From: Candidatus Arthromitus sp. SFB-mouse-Japan | Lineage (GTDB): Bacteria > Bacillota > Clostridia > Clostridiales > Clostridiaceae | NCBI RefSeq assembly: GCF_000270205.1 | Contig: NC_015913.1 | Coordinates: 1,290,001 to 1,322,000 of the forward strand | DNA length: 32,000 nt | Direction of reading: 5' to 3' | Part shown: positions 1-9,532 of the stretch, in pieces | Numbering within the stretch: position 1 is the stretch's first letter | Layout of the letters: the number at the start of each line of letters is the position of its first letter | Notes under the pieces: model-generated | Told to the model about the DNA's origin: nothing | The model's input: only the letters and a program-made list of their open reading frames with translations | Database searches by the model: none | Program-made: the position numbers and the translations under genes

Positions 1-854
1 TATGTTTCGTCTATTAAATTAAGTTTAAATGCAATCAAACTCTCATAATACATTCCTATAATTACAGCTTCACCATGAGTATACACTGAATAATTAGTCA
101 CACTTTCTATAGCATGACCTACAGTATGCCCATGATTTAAAATTTTTCTAATTGACGTATCATACTCATCTCTTTTTATAATATTAATTTTAATCTTACA
201 GCTTCTTTTTACTATTTCCCTTATAACTTCAATTTCCCCTCTCAATATATCCATAAGGTATATATATATATATGTCAAAAAGTCATACTCACATACTATA
301 CCATATTTTAAGGCTTCAGCTAATCCAGAAATTATTTCCCTCCTCGATAATCCTTTTAAAAAATTATTATCTATAACAATAAAATGTGGTTGATTAAATG
401 TTCCAACCAAATTTTTACATCCCGAAACATTAATTGCATTTTTTCCACCAATTGAGCTATCAACTTGAGCAAGAAGAGTGGTTGGTATATTTATAAATTT
501 TATCCCCCTCATATATATTGATGAAACAAATCCAGCAATATCTCCTACAATTCCTCCACCAATTCCAATCAATACAGAATCTCTTATATATCCATTTTGA
601 CTTAATATTCTTATAATCTCTATTACTATGTTTATATCTTTGTTCCTTTCCACGCATTCAAACAGATATATATCATGATTTAAATCACTAATTAATTCTT
701 TCAAATATGTACTATAAAATTTTTCATAAACTATCTTGTCTATAATAAAAAAACATCTCCTATACATCAATATCTCTTTAAGATATTTTAAAGAATCTTC
801 ACCCACTAATATCGTGCATTTTCTTTGATTTAATTCAAGAATGAATTTTTCCAA
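1..854 (-). CDS. aroB: 3-dehydroquinate synthase, 3' end truncated by the window edge
   Basis: Absent from the ORF track because it runs off the window. My codon-by-codon minus-strand translation is open from 875 down to 1. It reads ...CTILVGEDSLKYL...LIGIGGGIVGDIAGFVSSIYMRGIKFINIPTTLLAQVDSSIGGKNAIN...NHGHTVGHAIE...THGEAV, i.e. the glycine-rich nucleotide loop and metal-binding His motifs of DHQ synthase. There is no ATG; the likely start is TTG at 854 (or ATT at 842), overlapping the aroC stop at 830-832. Confidence 0.9.
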   Translation of the reverse strand, partial: MEKFILELNQRKCTILVGEDSLKYLKEILMYRRCFFIIDKIVYEKFYSTYLKELISDLNHDIYLFECVERNKDINIVIEIIRILSQNGYIRDSVLIGIGGGIVGDIAGFVSSIYMRGIKFINIPTTLLAQVDSSIGGKNAINVSGCKNLVGTFNQPHFIVIDNNFLKGLSRREIISGLAEALKYGIVCEYDFLTYIYIYLMDILRGEIEVIREIVKRSCKIKINIIKRDEYDTSIRKILNHGHTVGHAIESVTNYSVYTHGEAVIIGMYYESLIAFKLNLIDET

Positions 855-1963
855 CTTCTTAACACTTCCTTTAAACTATCTCCGGAAAACTTTCTCAAAA
901 ATTCCTGACATATAACAGTCATAGCTACACTCTCAGAAACAATTGAAGCTGCAGGTATAACTGTATAATCACTTCTCTCAACACTTGCAAATTCAACCTC
1001 TTTAGACAATATATTTACAGTCTTTATAGGTTTATATAGCGTCGGAATTGGCTTATGGTAACACCTAATCACAATCTCTTCACCATTACTCATACCGCCT
1101 TCAATACCCCCAGCTCTATTAGTAATCCTTCTATAATTTCCATTTTCATATATTATTTCATCATGAGAGTTTGATCCTCTATCCATGAAAGTTTCTAAAC
1201 CATCTCCAAACTCTATGGCCTTCATGGAATTAACACTTATTAAAGCAGATGCCAATAGCCCGTCCAATTTTCTATCATAATGAGTATAGCTCCCAAGCCC
1301 TACAGGTACATTTTTAATCCTTAATTCATAGGATCCTCCTACTGTATCACCCTCCGATTTTATACAATCGATAAGAGATACTATCTCATTCCTCCTCGTT
1401 GTATCCAAAAATCTAAATTCATACTCATCACTTCTCTTAATATCATCAAAACAATAAATATTGCTGTTCTTAATTTTCCCTATGGATAAAACATGAGATG
1501 CACTCTCTATATTAAAATTTCTTAAAAATTGAGTACAAATCGAACCAATAGCTAATCTAGTTGCAGTTTCTCTAGCACTACTTCTTTCAAGAACATTTCT
1601 GCAATCATCAAAATCATATTTAATTATACCACTTAAATCAGCATGTCCTGGTCTAGGTTTTAAAACCCTTTTTGATGAAATATCACAATTTACAGGATCC
1701 ATATATTTCTCCCAATTTTTATAGTCGGCGTTCTTTATAAAAAATGATATAGGCGATCCCAATGTTTTTGAATTCCTTATACCAGATATAAACTCAATTT
1801 TATCACTTTCAATTTTCATCCTATCTCCACGACCATAAGAAGATTGCCTTTTTTCTAAAACATTATTTATTTCATTTTCATCTATGTAAACATTAGATGG
1901 TAATCCCTCTATAATCCCAATAAGACCCTTCCCATGCGACTCGCCAGCAGTAAAATATCTCAT
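830..1963 (-). CDS. aroC: chorismate synthase
   Basis: 377 aa starting MRYFTAGESHGKG, the canonical chorismate synthase N-terminus. ATG at 1963 is preceded by AGGTGG. It lies 11 nt downstream of the aroA stop. Confidence 0.96.
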   Translation of the reverse strand: MRYFTAGESHGKGLIGIIEGLPSNVYIDENEINNVLEKRQSSYGRGDRMKIESDKIEFISGIRNSKTLGSPISFFIKNADYKNWEKYMDPVNCDISSKRVLKPRPGHADLSGIIKYDFDDCRNVLERSSARETATRLAIGSICTQFLRNFNIESASHVLSIGKIKNSNIYCFDDIKRSDEYEFRFLDTTRRNEIVSLIDCIKSEGDTVGGSYELRIKNVPVGLGSYTHYDRKLDGLLASALISVNSMKAIEFGDGLETFMDRGSNSHDEIIYENGNYRRITNRAGGIEGGMSNGEEIVIRCYHKPIPTLYKPIKTVNILSKEVEFASVERSDYTVIPAASIVSESVAMTVICQEFLRKFSGDSLKEVLRSWKNSFLN

Positions 1964-1974
1964 ACTAATCCACC

Positions 1975-3249
1975 TTACCTTAAAACATAGTTTAAAATAT
2001 CATAGAAATTCGGAAAAGATACATCAACACAATATTTATTTAAAATCCTTATATCCTCACCACTTATTACTGATAATATCATAAATGACATGGCTATCCT
2101 ATGATCATTATAACTATCAACTTCACATCCTTTTATACTTCCTCCACCAACTATCCTAATTCCATTCTCAAGTTCATAAATTTCAATCCCAAGCTTACTA
2201 AATCCCTCTACTATACTCTTTATTCTATTACTTTCTTTATACTTAAGTTCTTCTATATCTCTAATTATAGTTTCACCTTTCGCAAATACAGCAAGAACAC
2301 AAATAATTGGTATTTCATCAATAAGTGTAGGTATAATACCCCCTTCAATTAAAGTACCAACTAAAAATTTGGTTCCATATACTTTAATATCACATACTTC
2401 CTCAAAATAATCACAGTGAACATTTACAAGTTCAATATTAGCTCCCATACTTCTTAAAACATTAATTATACCAATCCTTGTCTCATTAATACCAACATTT
2501 TTAATCAAAAGTTCAGATCCGTCAATACAAGATGCTAAAACCATAAAAAAACTAGCAGATGATATATCCCCAGGAATTGAAATTTCTCGCCCTTCCATTT
2601 CACCTTTTTGAATTAAAATAGTATTTCCATTTATTTTAATATTCCCACCAAAATAGCCAATCATTCTCTCTGTATGATCTCTCGTCTTTATATTTTCACT
2701 AACCTTTGTAATACCGTCACAATACAATCCTGCAAATAAAATACATGATTTAACCTGAGCACTATCTATTTCCATTTTATAAGAAATTGAATTTAATTCC
2801 TTACCACAAACACTTAAAGGAGCATAATTATCACTATTAAGAGCATAAATCTTTCCCCCCATAAGAGATAATGGTTTTATTATTCTATCCATCGGTCTAA
2901 GTCTAAGTGATTTATCACCATCAATAATTGAATCAAAATTACTCCCACTTAAAATTCCACTCATTATTCTAATCGTTGTGCCAGAATTTTTAGCATCCAA
3001 TATACCTTCATATTTCCTAAGAGAATATAATCCATTTCCAAATACTCTAACTTTATAATCTTCGACCTCAATCCTAATACCCAAATTTCTAAGGCACTCC
3101 ATTGTAGCTAAAGAATCTTGACTAAACAAAAAATTATGTATTGTACTAATCCCATTTGATATAGCTGAAACCATAAGAGCTCTATGGGATATGGACTTAT
3201 CTCCAGAAATATTTATTATAGATTTTATCTTCTTATTTCTTATATTCAC
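1975..3249 (-). CDS. aroA: 3-phosphoshikimate 1-carboxyvinyltransferase (EPSP synthase)
   Basis: 424 aa with the N-terminal GDKSISHRALM motif and the length typical of EPSP synthase. The start codon is GTG at 3249, with GGAG 7 nt upstream. Confidence 0.95.
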   Translation of the reverse strand: MNIRNKKIKSIINISGDKSISHRALMVSAISNGISTIHNFLFSQDSLATMECLRNLGIRIEVEDYKVRVFGNGLYSLRKYEGILDAKNSGTTIRIMSGILSGSNFDSIIDGDKSLRLRPMDRIIKPLSLMGGKIYALNSDNYAPLSVCGKELNSISYKMEIDSAQVKSCILFAGLYCDGITKVSENIKTRDHTERMIGYFGGNIKINGNTILIQKGEMEGREISIPGDISSASFFMVLASCIDGSELLIKNVGINETRIGIINVLRSMGANIELVNVHCDYFEEVCDIKVYGTKFLVGTLIEGGIIPTLIDEIPIICVLAVFAKGETIIRDIEELKYKESNRIKSIVEGFSKLGIEIYELENGIRIVGGGSIKGCEVDSYNDHRIAMSFMILSVISGEDIRILNKYCVDVSFPNFYDILNYVLR

Positions 3250-3268
3250 AACTTATCTCCTAAATAAA

Positions 3269-4264
3269 TTAAAATAAACTCTTCCTTATCTTATGAATTT
3301 TCTTATTCATATCATCAAATCGTTTAAATTTTATTGATTGATGTCCATCAGATAATGCATTTTCAGGATCATTATGAACCTCAACCATAATTCCATTACA
3401 CCCAGCTGAAACAGAAGCTAATGCAAGAGGCTCAACCAAATCAAATTGGCCAGAAGCATGACTAGGATCAACTATTATAGGAAGATGAGATAACTTCTTA
3501 ACAAGAGGAACTGCTGATATATCTAAAGTATTTCTTGTAGACTTCTCAAAAGTTCTGATTCCTCTCTCACAAAGTATAACATTTATATTTCCCTTTGAAA
3601 CAATATACTCAGCACTAAGTAAAAACTCTTCAATCGTTGCACTTAATCCTCTCTTTAACAAAACTGGCTTATTGCACTCTCCAAGTTTCTTTAACAATTC
3701 AAAATTCTGCATATTACGGGCTCCAACCTGAAAAACATCTACATATTCATTAAAAAATTCTATATCCTCTGTAGACACAATCTCACTAACAAGCTTTAGA
3801 CCAAGATCTGACGTAATTTTTCTCATACTTATCAAAGCATATTTACCAATTCCCTGAAAAAAATAAGGAGAGGTTCGAGGCTTAAATGCACCACCCCTTA
3901 TTATATTTACCCCTAACTCCTTTAAACTCTTAGCTATCTCCATAAACATATCTTCATTTTCAAAAGAACATGGTCCACCTATAGTTTCAAAATATTCTCC
4001 ACCTATCTTAACATCCCCAATATGTACAATAGTATCCTCTTTCTTAAAATCTCTACTAACAAATTTATAAGGTTTATCTACATAAACTATATCTTTAATT
4101 CCATCAATACTATCATATATAAACTTCTCATCAACATCACTTAAGATATGTATTCCTATATAATTTTCATCAAAATTAAAAGGCACAAAATCTAATCCAG
4201 AAATATGTTTTATATTTTCTATAGAACATTTTCTATCAATATCCTTCTTGAAAAATATGATCAT
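3269..4264 (-). CDS. aroF: 3-deoxy-7-phosphoheptulonate (DAHP) synthase, type I-beta, with an N-terminal extension of about 70-90 aa
   Basis: 331 aa. The core GGPCSFE...RGGAFKPRTSPYFFQG...KRG...DPSH matches the KDO8P/DAHP synthase I-beta family. The extra N-terminal segment before the barrel resembles the regulatory domain of Thermotoga/Bacillus-type enzymes (inference). It is the first gene of the aro operon. Confidence 0.9.
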   Translation of the reverse strand: MIIFFKKDIDRKCSIENIKHISGLDFVPFNFDENYIGIHILSDVDEKFIYDSIDGIKDIVYVDKPYKFVSRDFKKEDTIVHIGDVKIGGEYFETIGGPCSFENEDMFMEIAKSLKELGVNIIRGGAFKPRTSPYFFQGIGKYALISMRKITSDLGLKLVSEIVSTEDIEFFNEYVDVFQVGARNMQNFELLKKLGECNKPVLLKRGLSATIEEFLLSAEYIVSKGNINVILCERGIRTFEKSTRNTLDISAVPLVKKLSHLPIIVDPSHASGQFDLVEPLALASVSAGCNGIMVEVHNDPENALSDGHQSIKFKRFDDMNKKIHKIRKSLF

Positions 4265-4413
4265 ATATTTACATTCTCCTATATATTCTTTATCTTAAAT
4301 TTATCAAATTTCAACTTAAAAATAATTTCTATAATTTTACCTTCTTAAATTATTTTTTTCAATTAATTTATTTATCCAAACACTTTTTATTAATTTATCA
4401 TATATGATTTTTA

Positions 4414-4422
4414 TGATAAAAT
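4414..4422 (+). promoter_or_regulatory. extended -10-like element TGaTAAAAT upstream of nrdJ
   Basis: TG at 4414-4415 and TAAAAT at 4417-4422, about 31 nt before the nrdJ ATG. The RBS AAAGGTGG sits at 4441-4448. Such matches are frequent by chance in AT-rich DNA. Confidence 0.3.
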
Positions 4423-4453
4423 ATTGCCACGTTAATTTTTAAAGGTGGTTATT

Positions 4454-7435
4454 ATGGAAAATATTGATAATATTTTTAAAAGATATTTTACTCAAAGTCT
4501 TGAAAATAACAAAACTAAAGATGTTTTTAGTTTGTTTAAATGGAAAAAAGTAAATGTTCTACTTAAAGACTATAAAACAGGAAATACAATTTACGATATG
4601 AAAAACTTAGAATTTCCCGATCATTTCTCACAAACTGCTTGCGATATAATAGCTACAAAATATTTTAGGAAAAGCGGTGTTCCAAATGATTGCGGAATGG
4701 AAAATTCATTCAAAATGGTAGTACATAGACTTGTAAGTTTTTGGATATCAGCATTAAAAGATCAAAAGTTAATTAAAACCGATCAACAAGAACAAATATT
4801 CTACGATGAAACTGCCTACGCACTAATTGATCAAAGATTTGCTCCAAACTCACCACAATGGTTCAATACAGGTCTTGCATTATCTTACAATATAAAAGGA
4901 GAACCTCAAAATACCTATTACTACGATATAAACGAAAAAAAAGTTGTTAAATCAATAGATTCATACACAAGAACTCAAGCATCTGCTTGCTTTATTTTAT
5001 CAATTGAAGATAAACTTCTAGGTCCTCATTCTATTTCTGAACAATACATAACAGAAACTAAATTATTTAAATTTGGATCAGGGACTGGGACAAACTTTTC
5101 AAATATAAGATCAATAGGAGAAAAACTATCTGGTGGCGGATCTTCCTCAGGTCTTATGAGTTTTTTAAAAGGCCTTGATAAAAATGCAGGTGCAATAAAA
5201 TCAGGTGGAACAACAAGAAGAGCTGCAAAAATGGTTTGTCTTGATTTAGACCATCCTGAAATAGAAGATTTTATAAAATGGAAATCTGTTGAAGAAGATA
5301 AGGTACGTGCATTAGTAAAAATGGGGTATGATGGAACATTCGAAGGGGAGGCATATAACACAGTATCAGGACAAAATTCCAATAACTCAGTAAAAATAAA
5401 AGACGAATTCATGAAGAAAGTTGAAAATCTAAATAATGATCCTGATTCTAAAATTATATTAAAAGGAAGAATTGATTCCTCAGTAGATAAAGAGATCAAT
5501 ACTAAATATCTGTGGGATATATTTAATGAAGCTTCTCATAAATGTGCAGATCCAGCTCCACTTTTTGATGATACATTCAATGCCTGGCACACTTGTCCTG
5601 CTGGTGAAGATGGTGTATATAACGCAAAATATAATAGAATAAACTCTACAAATCCTTGTGCTGAGTATGCATTTTTAGATGATACATCTTGTAATCTCGC
5701 TTCGATAAATGTACTAAAATTTTACGATGAACATAACAAAATATTTAAAATAGATGAATACCTACATATGATTAGGATTTCTCAATTAATTCTCGAAGCA
5801 TCAATACATTTTGGACAATTCCCAACAGAAGATATAGCAAGAAAAACTCATATGTTTAGAACGACAGGACTTGGAATATGTAACATTGCATCATTACTTA
5901 TGATTATGGGAATACCTTATGACTCTGATGAGGCAAGATGTTTTACATCAAGTATAGTTGGTATATTAACAGGAGAAAGCTACTTCATATCATCTATTAT
6001 GGCAAAAGAAATAGGGGCATTCGAAAAGTATAATATTAACAAAAAATATATGTTAAAAGTAATTAGAAATCATGCACGTGTTGCTGGATATTTAAAAGAT
6101 TCCTTTGAAGGATTAAATTATACTCCAATGAAAGTTGATCATGATCTATTAAATAAAATGGAATTAAAATACATATCAACATGCTTAAAAAACGTCTGGA
6201 AATCTGCCTATGATTCTGGAGAAAAATATGGTTATAGAAATGCTCAAGTATCAGTAATTGCTCCAACAGGAACAATTTCATTTGCAATGGATGCTGCATC
6301 AACATCAATTGAACCATTTTTCTCACATATAGTTTATAAAAAATTATCTGGCGGAGGACATCTAACCCTATCAAATCCAATGATTGCATCTGCTCTTAAA
6401 AATTTAAAATACACAGATGAACAAATCAAAGATATATTAGCTTATATAGAAAAAACTGAAACTGTTGAATCCAATGGATTAAAATATGAAAAATTATCTG
6501 ATGGGAAAATTGAAGGTGCTCCTCATCTAAAACAAGAACATATAAATATATTTGATACTGCAAACACATGTGGAACTGGTGTAAGATTTATATCTCCAGA
6601 AGGACACGTAAAAATGGTTGCATCAATCACCCCACTAGTTTCTGGTTCAATATCAAAAACTATTAATCTTCCAAGCAATTCAACAGTAGAGGATTTTAAA
6701 GAGATGACAATGTTAAGTTGGAAACTTGGAGTAAAAGGAATTTCTCTATATCGTGATGGAAGCAAATTTGCACAACCACTCAATAAAAATTTAGAAAACA
6801 TTAGTGATAGTGACGACTTAGAGAATTTAAATTACAATGAACTCCTAATACTATCTAAAAACATGAAGGAATCGTTAAAACATAATCCAAAAAGAAATAA
6901 ACCAATTGGGATAAGAAGTGGTACAACCCATCCAGCTGAAATTGAAGACATAAAAATATATACTACTGTAAATAGAAATACAAACAATGAAATATGTGAA
7001 ATTTATATAACAACAGATAGAGAAGGTACTATCATAATGGGGTTATTAAACTCACTATCTAAATCCTTATCTGTGATGCTACAACACAAGGTTTCTCCTC
7101 AAGATATTTCATCAATGCTTAGAGGTCAGAAATATGAACCACATGGTTTTGTGAAAAAACATCCTTACATAAAACACGCATCATCAATATCCGATTTAAT
7201 ATCGAAAATAATTGATATAGAATTAAATGATTACAGATTTTGCCAAGTAAAACCTTCTGATTACCCAAATGATAATCATACTGATGAATCCCTAAATTCA
7301 GAATTTAAATTAGACTCATCAGATTACAAAAAAATTTATAATAAAATATGCTCTAACTGCTCAAGTGTAAAGATGTTCAAAAATGGTACATGCTATGTAT
7401 GTAGTGATTGTGGTTCAACAACAGGATGTAGCTAA
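4454..7435 (+). CDS. nrdJ: adenosylcobalamin-dependent (class II) ribonucleoside-triphosphate/diphosphate reductase
   Basis: Contains the RNR active-site motifs TNPCAEYAF and SCNLASIN, and the class II C-terminal part (RPxx...GxTxxxxT..IYTTVN..ICEIYITT). The tail is Cys-rich: CSNC-x11-CYVCSDC-x5-C. Start moved from the track GTG at 4445 to ATG at 4454, which lies 5 nt after AAAGGTGG. Confidence 0.93.
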   Translation: MENIDNIFKRYFTQSLENNKTKDVFSLFKWKKVNVLLKDYKTGNTIYDMKNLEFPDHFSQTACDIIATKYFRKSGVPNDCGMENSFKMVVHRLVSFWISALKDQKLIKTDQQEQIFYDETAYALIDQRFAPNSPQWFNTGLALSYNIKGEPQNTYYYDINEKKVVKSIDSYTRTQASACFILSIEDKLLGPHSISEQYITETKLFKFGSGTGTNFSNIRSIGEKLSGGGSSSGLMSFLKGLDKNAGAIKSGGTTRRAAKMVCLDLDHPEIEDFIKWKSVEEDKVRALVKMGYDGTFEGEAYNTVSGQNSNNSVKIKDEFMKKVENLNNDPDSKIILKGRIDSSVDKEINTKYLWDIFNEASHKCADPAPLFDDTFNAWHTCPAGEDGVYNAKYNRINSTNPCAEYAFLDDTSCNLASINVLKFYDEHNKIFKIDEYLHMIRISQLILEASIHFGQFPTEDIARKTHMFRTTGLGICNIASLLMIMGIPYDSDEARCFTSSIVGILTGESYFISSIMAKEIGAFEKYNINKKYMLKVIRNHARVAGYLKDSFEGLNYTPMKVDHDLLNKMELKYISTCLKNVWKSAYDSGEKYGYRNAQVSVIAPTGTISFAMDAASTSIEPFFSHIVYKKLSGGGHLTLSNPMIASALKNLKYTDEQIKDILAYIEKTETVESNGLKYEKLSDGKIEGAPHLKQEHINIFDTANTCGTGVRFISPEGHVKMVASITPLVSGSISKTINLPSNSTVEDFKEMTMLSWKLGVKGISLYRDGSKFAQPLNKNLENISDSDDLENLNYNELLILSKNMKESLKHNPKRNKPIGIRSGTTHPAEIEDIKIYTTVNRNTNNEICEIYITTDREGTIIMGLLNSLSKSLSVMLQHKVSPQDISSMLRGQKYEPHGFVKKHPYIKHASSISDLISKIIDIELNDYRFCQVKPSDYPNDNHTDESLNSEFKLDSSDYKKIYNKICSNCSSVKMFKNGTCYVCSDCGSTTGCS

Positions 7436-7502
7436 AGTATATTAGTATAATTTAATAAATTTATAAATATATTAAATAAAAACAATATCTAAGGATCTTA
7501 TC

Positions 7503-8393
7503 ATGTCAAAAACTTTCCTAAAAGGAATGTATTACGTACCTAAAGATAGTAATGAAAATCCATATTCTATTTTGAAAAATGCAAACAAAAACAATCTAAA
7601 CTTTATAATAATTGAATACAGTAATAAATATCTGTTCAACGATTTATCTAAAGACAAATTTTCTAAACTCACCTATATACAAGATAAAATCAGCTCATTT
7701 GAAAAAAAATATAGAAATACTGTAGGTATAATTTGCTTTAAATGCCATTCAATTATGGGTCCAATTAGGATATTACTATCGAAAAGTATATTTAAAGGAG
7801 AAGTATTTAAACTTAAAAATTTCTATTTATGGTGCTATTTAAATAACCCAACTTTAATACTATCAAGCAATAATTTCACACAAATAGAAAATGAAAACAT
7901 AAAAAAATATTTTACTTTATATAATGATAACTTCATAAAGACTGTAGATAACTACTTACAATTGTTAAATATAGGTATGAAAATAACTCCAATATATATA
8001 AACAACGGGTTTATCTTTATAAAAAATAAATCCAATGATATATTTGATTTCAAAAATTTAAAGCAATATATAACTTCACAGATTAAAAATGGAAATTTTT
8101 ATATATCAAATTCAGATAAATTATACTTAAATTACACTCTAACTAACTCAAGTCATGATAATAAAAGATATCTTTCTTTAGATATCAAATTAAATAACAC
8201 TAATTTTTTGAATCAAAAACTAATTCTACTAAATAATGAACATAACTCTATAATTAATCAAAATCTATACAACCTTAAAAATATATCCTATAATATTGAT
8301 ATAAAAAAAGGTGCAAATAAGTTTTTTATACTTAGGATTTTATCCCACAATAACTTATTTGCACTAACTTCTCCAATTTATACTAACTTTTAA
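7503..8393 (+). CDS. hypothetical protein, 296 aa, N/K/I-rich, co-oriented with nrdJ
   Basis: Long ORF with AAGGA 7 nt upstream of ATG 7503, and no terminator between it and nrdJ. I see no diagnostic motif. There is a weak resemblance to a PHP/CehA-like hydrolase lacking the N-terminal His residues (KGMYYVP where DLHxH would be; C-terminal TSPIYTNF). Confidence 0.7.
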   Translation: MSKTFLKGMYYVPKDSNENPYSILKNANKNNLNFIIIEYSNKYLFNDLSKDKFSKLTYIQDKISSFEKKYRNTVGIICFKCHSIMGPIRILLSKSIFKGEVFKLKNFYLWCYLNNPTLILSSNNFTQIENENIKKYFTLYNDNFIKTVDNYLQLLNIGMKITPIYINNGFIFIKNKSNDIFDFKNLKQYITSQIKNGNFYISNSDKLYLNYTLTNSSHDNKRYLSLDIKLNNTNFLNQKLILLNNEHNSIINQNLYNLKNISYNIDIKKGANKFFILRILSHNNLFALTSPIYTNF

Positions 8394-8396
8394 AAA

Positions 8397-8714
8397 TTAA
8401 CCTTTATTTTTTATTCTATTAGGTTTTACCTTAGGTTTATTTTGCATGACTTTATTGTTTTTATTCCTTAACCTCTTTCTTCTATTATCAACAAAGAGGT
8501 CAACAAACCAAAGTATTAAAACAAAATATAGCCATTGAATTATATACATAACAAAAGTTGGTACTTTTAAGAAAAGTGAAACTACACAAAGGATTATTCC
8601 TAAAGATAAGATTAACCATGCATTAACCTTAATATTTGATAGCACAAATATTTTTAACAAGTTATATGTAATTAAACTAAATAAAATAAATACTACAATA
8701 CTTAAAAAATTCAT
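8397..8714 (-). CDS. small integral membrane protein with a basic C-terminal tail
   Basis: 105 aa with about three hydrophobic helices followed by NRRKRLRNKNNK...KPKVKPNRIKNKG. A strong RBS (GGAGG) lies 7 nt upstream of ATG 8714. Confidence 0.75.
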   Translation of the reverse strand: MNFLSIVVFILFSLITYNLLKIFVLSNIKVNAWLILSLGIILCVVSLFLKVPTFVMYIIQWLYFVLILWFVDLFVDNRRKRLRNKNNKVMQNKPKVKPNRIKNKG

Positions 8715-8761
8715 TTTATATCCTCCTAATTTATATAATTCACAAAGGAAGTGGTAAACAT

Positions 8762-9232
8762 TTGAACTCGCAAGTTTTTAACAATTTAGACAAATTGGAT
8801 TTAGATATACTCGGTATACTTATCAAAGATTGTAAAACTCCATATCTTGAGATAGCTAGAATGTGCCATGTTAGTGGTGGAACCATCCATGTTAGAATGA
8901 AAAAAATGGAAGATATGGGTATACTGCTTGGATATAATTTATCATTAGATTTAACAAAACTTGGTTTCGATATATGTTGTTTCGTTGCTATATACACAGA
9001 TAGTACATCATATATCCAAGATGTAATAAATGATCTCCAAAATATAAATGAAATTACAGAGCTCCATGTAACTACAGGAGATTTTGAAATCCTCACAAAA
9101 GTAATTTGTAAAAATATTGAACACCTACAAGACATGCTTGTAAATAAAATTAATAAGATTAAAGGAATTAACCGAACAAATACATTTATATCATTAATCC
9201 AAAAAATTAATAGGAATGTACTTTTAGGTTAA
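8762..9232 (+). CDS. Lrp/AsnC family transcriptional regulator
   Basis: 156 aa. The N-terminal LDxLDLDILGILIKDCKTPYLEIARMCHVSGGTIHVRMKKMEDMGIL is the Lrp/AsnC winged-HTH pattern, and it is followed by a RAM-like C-terminal domain. The start is a TTG, so the exact start is uncertain. Confidence 0.88.
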   Translation: MNSQVFNNLDKLDLDILGILIKDCKTPYLEIARMCHVSGGTIHVRMKKMEDMGILLGYNLSLDLTKLGFDICCFVAIYTDSTSYIQDVINDLQNINEITELHVTTGDFEILTKVICKNIEHLQDMLVNKINKIKGINRTNTFISLIQKINRNVLLG

Positions 9233-9322
9233 TATTATTTTTTGATCTCTCAAATATTTAAAATTATTTTAGACAATACTAATAAATATAAATAAACTTA
9301 TATTTTAAGAGAGGGTTGAAAA

Positions 9323-9523
9323 ATGAGTAAGTTCCTAGATAGTATACTACTGTCAATCGTATTAATTGGTGCTCTTAACTTAGGATCCATAGGATTATTA
9401 CAATTTGATTTTATTTCTTATTTGTTTGGAAATTTTACATTTGCTACAAGATTAATTTTTTGCTTAATTGGCTTATTTGCTATGTACTCTATAAAATTTA
9501 TTTTTGAAATATTTAAAAGGTAA
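9323..9523 (+). CDS. DUF378-type small membrane protein
   Basis: 66 aa with two TM helices. The GALNLGSIGLLQFDFISYLFG pattern is typical of DUF378. The RBS is AGAGGG. Confidence 0.8.
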   Translation: MSKFLDSILLSIVLIGALNLGSIGLLQFDFISYLFGNFTFATRLIFCLIGLFAMYSIKFIFEIFKR

Positions 9524-9532
9524 TTATTGGGA

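Noticed and set aside
259-273. A (TA)n run of 15 nt inside aroB that at first looked like a frameshift or slippage site splitting the gene.
   Set aside because: Careful codon-by-codon translation shows it is in frame (ACA TAT ATA TAT ATA TAC = TYIYIY), and the DHQ synthase motifs continue on both sides. The apparent frameshift was my own transcription error. Phase variation is not supported.
460-657. Track ORF of 65 aa on the minus strand.
   Set aside because: It is the +1 frame of the aroB coding region. The real frame (codon starts = 2 mod 3) carries the GGGIVGD and other DHQ synthase motifs. The listed peptide is W/C/R/Y-rich nonsense.
2101-2352. Track ORF, 83 aa, plus strand.
   Set aside because: It is antisense to aroA, has low-complexity I/N/F/Y composition typical of AT-rich shadow frames, and has no RBS.
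4398-4407. Palindrome TCATATATGA upstream of nrdJ as a possible NrdR box.
   Set aside because: The conserved C/G positions fall at +/-4 rather than +/-5 from the centre. Flanking bases do not match, and there is only one copy, whereas NrdR boxes normally occur as spaced pairs.
5026-6801. Three track ORFs antisense to nrdJ (5026-5499, 6063-6389, 6523-6801).
   Set aside because: They are shadow ORFs inside a well-supported conserved gene. They have no RBS and no recognisable motifs.
8740-9135. Track ORF, 131 aa, minus strand.
   Set aside because: It is antisense to the Lrp/AsnC gene, whose HTH pattern identifies the plus-strand frame as real.
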